Source: Centroscyllium fabricii (Eukaryota). Taken from it: a stretch of DNA of 64,000 bases. Shown here piece by piece: positions 62,965 to 64,000 of the stretch. Under the pieces are notes generated by a model, which worked only from the letters and a program-made list of their open reading frames with translations, searched no databases and was not told the DNA's origin. The DNA lies in NCBI GenBank assembly GCA_051313645.2, contig JBNRSN020000029.1, positions 40,796,001 through 40,860,000 on the forward strand. Direction: 5' to 3'. How positions within the stretch are numbered: the stretch's first letter is position 1; each line of letters opens with the position of its first letter. The position numbers and the translations under genes are program-made.

Positions 62965-64000
62965 GTGAACGGACGGAGTGAAGCAAAAGTTTGCTGGAGA
63001 AATATATAAATGTTACGCTCTGTCCCCTCAGCTTTTTCTGAAAATGATTTTTAAAACGGATGTTCTCTGATTAAGCAGCATTGACCTCAGGTTGTGCCCG
63101 TAATGTATAATTTCTCAGGAGAGATTTTGTTTTGCCACTGGCAATGTCCATGCTGAAAGAAATGTTGTTGGTTTGATATCGAGATGTAACATCTCAGAGT
63201 TGGCTAATCGTATTATACCTCGGTATGTCTGCTTACTGAAACACTCAAATATTAACAACATCTTGTTTACACTGAGCTAAGGTTTGCACTTTTTGCCTTA
63301 TGCTGCTGACATCATAAATCTTGCAGGATAATTAATTTGAGTATTATTTCTAGAGGAATCGTGATTCTATTATTTTCTAATATTGTTTGCAAATTTGTCA
63401 GGAATAGTATAAAATATGAAATCTTCTGCAATGCTTGTTATATTACTGACACATACATGCAGCAAAGCACGTATTACCCAATGTGATAATACAGTTAATG
63501 TTTAAACAGCGTCAACATATTTAATTAGTTCACCTTCATGTTATGATCATACATTCACTGCTTGTTGATCAGATTTAACATAGCATAAGTTATCAATATC
63601 TCAGGGCCTCATTAATTCTATCGTTTTCCTTTCCATTAAAACATTACTGTTCCATGAGAATGCATTCACACTTCGCTCTGTATTCCTTCATTTACAAACT
63701 ACCTGAGCGACGCACGTTACAGCACTTGTCCATGGGGAAGCAGAGTGGGCTCGGATGAACAATTAAAACCGCCTTCATTCATTTATTTACTTGCTCTTTT
63801 ATTTGTTTCGCTTTCTCGCTCTCCACTGCTGCCATGTAGTAACAATTATATTCATCTTAACTGGGTAACATGTCAGGACTAGAGGGATGGCCAGTCTGCG
63901 GTGGAAAGAGAGCGCTGGGAGTTCACCACTAATTAGAGAAGAAGTCATTTACTCACATTGGGGACAGTATACCTGCTCTCGCATTAAAGAGGGAAACCAA

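Overview
Vertebrate genomic DNA, most likely a shark or other elasmobranch. The basis is tRNA-headed V-domain SINEs of the HE1 type that share their tail with abundant CR1 LINEs, plus Penelope, L2 and Rex/Babar remnants. There is one assembly gap (26757-27482). Most ORFs in the track are LINE debris or chance. Reading splice signals by eye reveals a minus-strand gene spanning about 3-41 kb (possibly up to 47 kb) that the ORF track misses. It is built from phase-1 microexons alternating 36 nt and 27 nt (one is 24 nt); each pair is 63 nt = 21 aa = 3 heptads, giving a modular coiled coil. Upstream on the same strand is the 3' end of a probable paralogue: a 42-nt exon followed by a disrupted B30.2 (PRY-SPRY) exon, suggesting a butyrophilin/BG/TRIM-like family. 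Also notable: a young inverted Penelope-type insertion with a 12-bp TSD and hammerhead ribozyme cores; ~750-bp TIR elements carrying a conserved E-box/CCAAT module and clustered 5' splice-site motifs; and a CpG-rich retroposon with a Rex-like tail. Exon calls rest on splice signals, length, phase and peptide periodicity only. Repeat boundaries are approximate.
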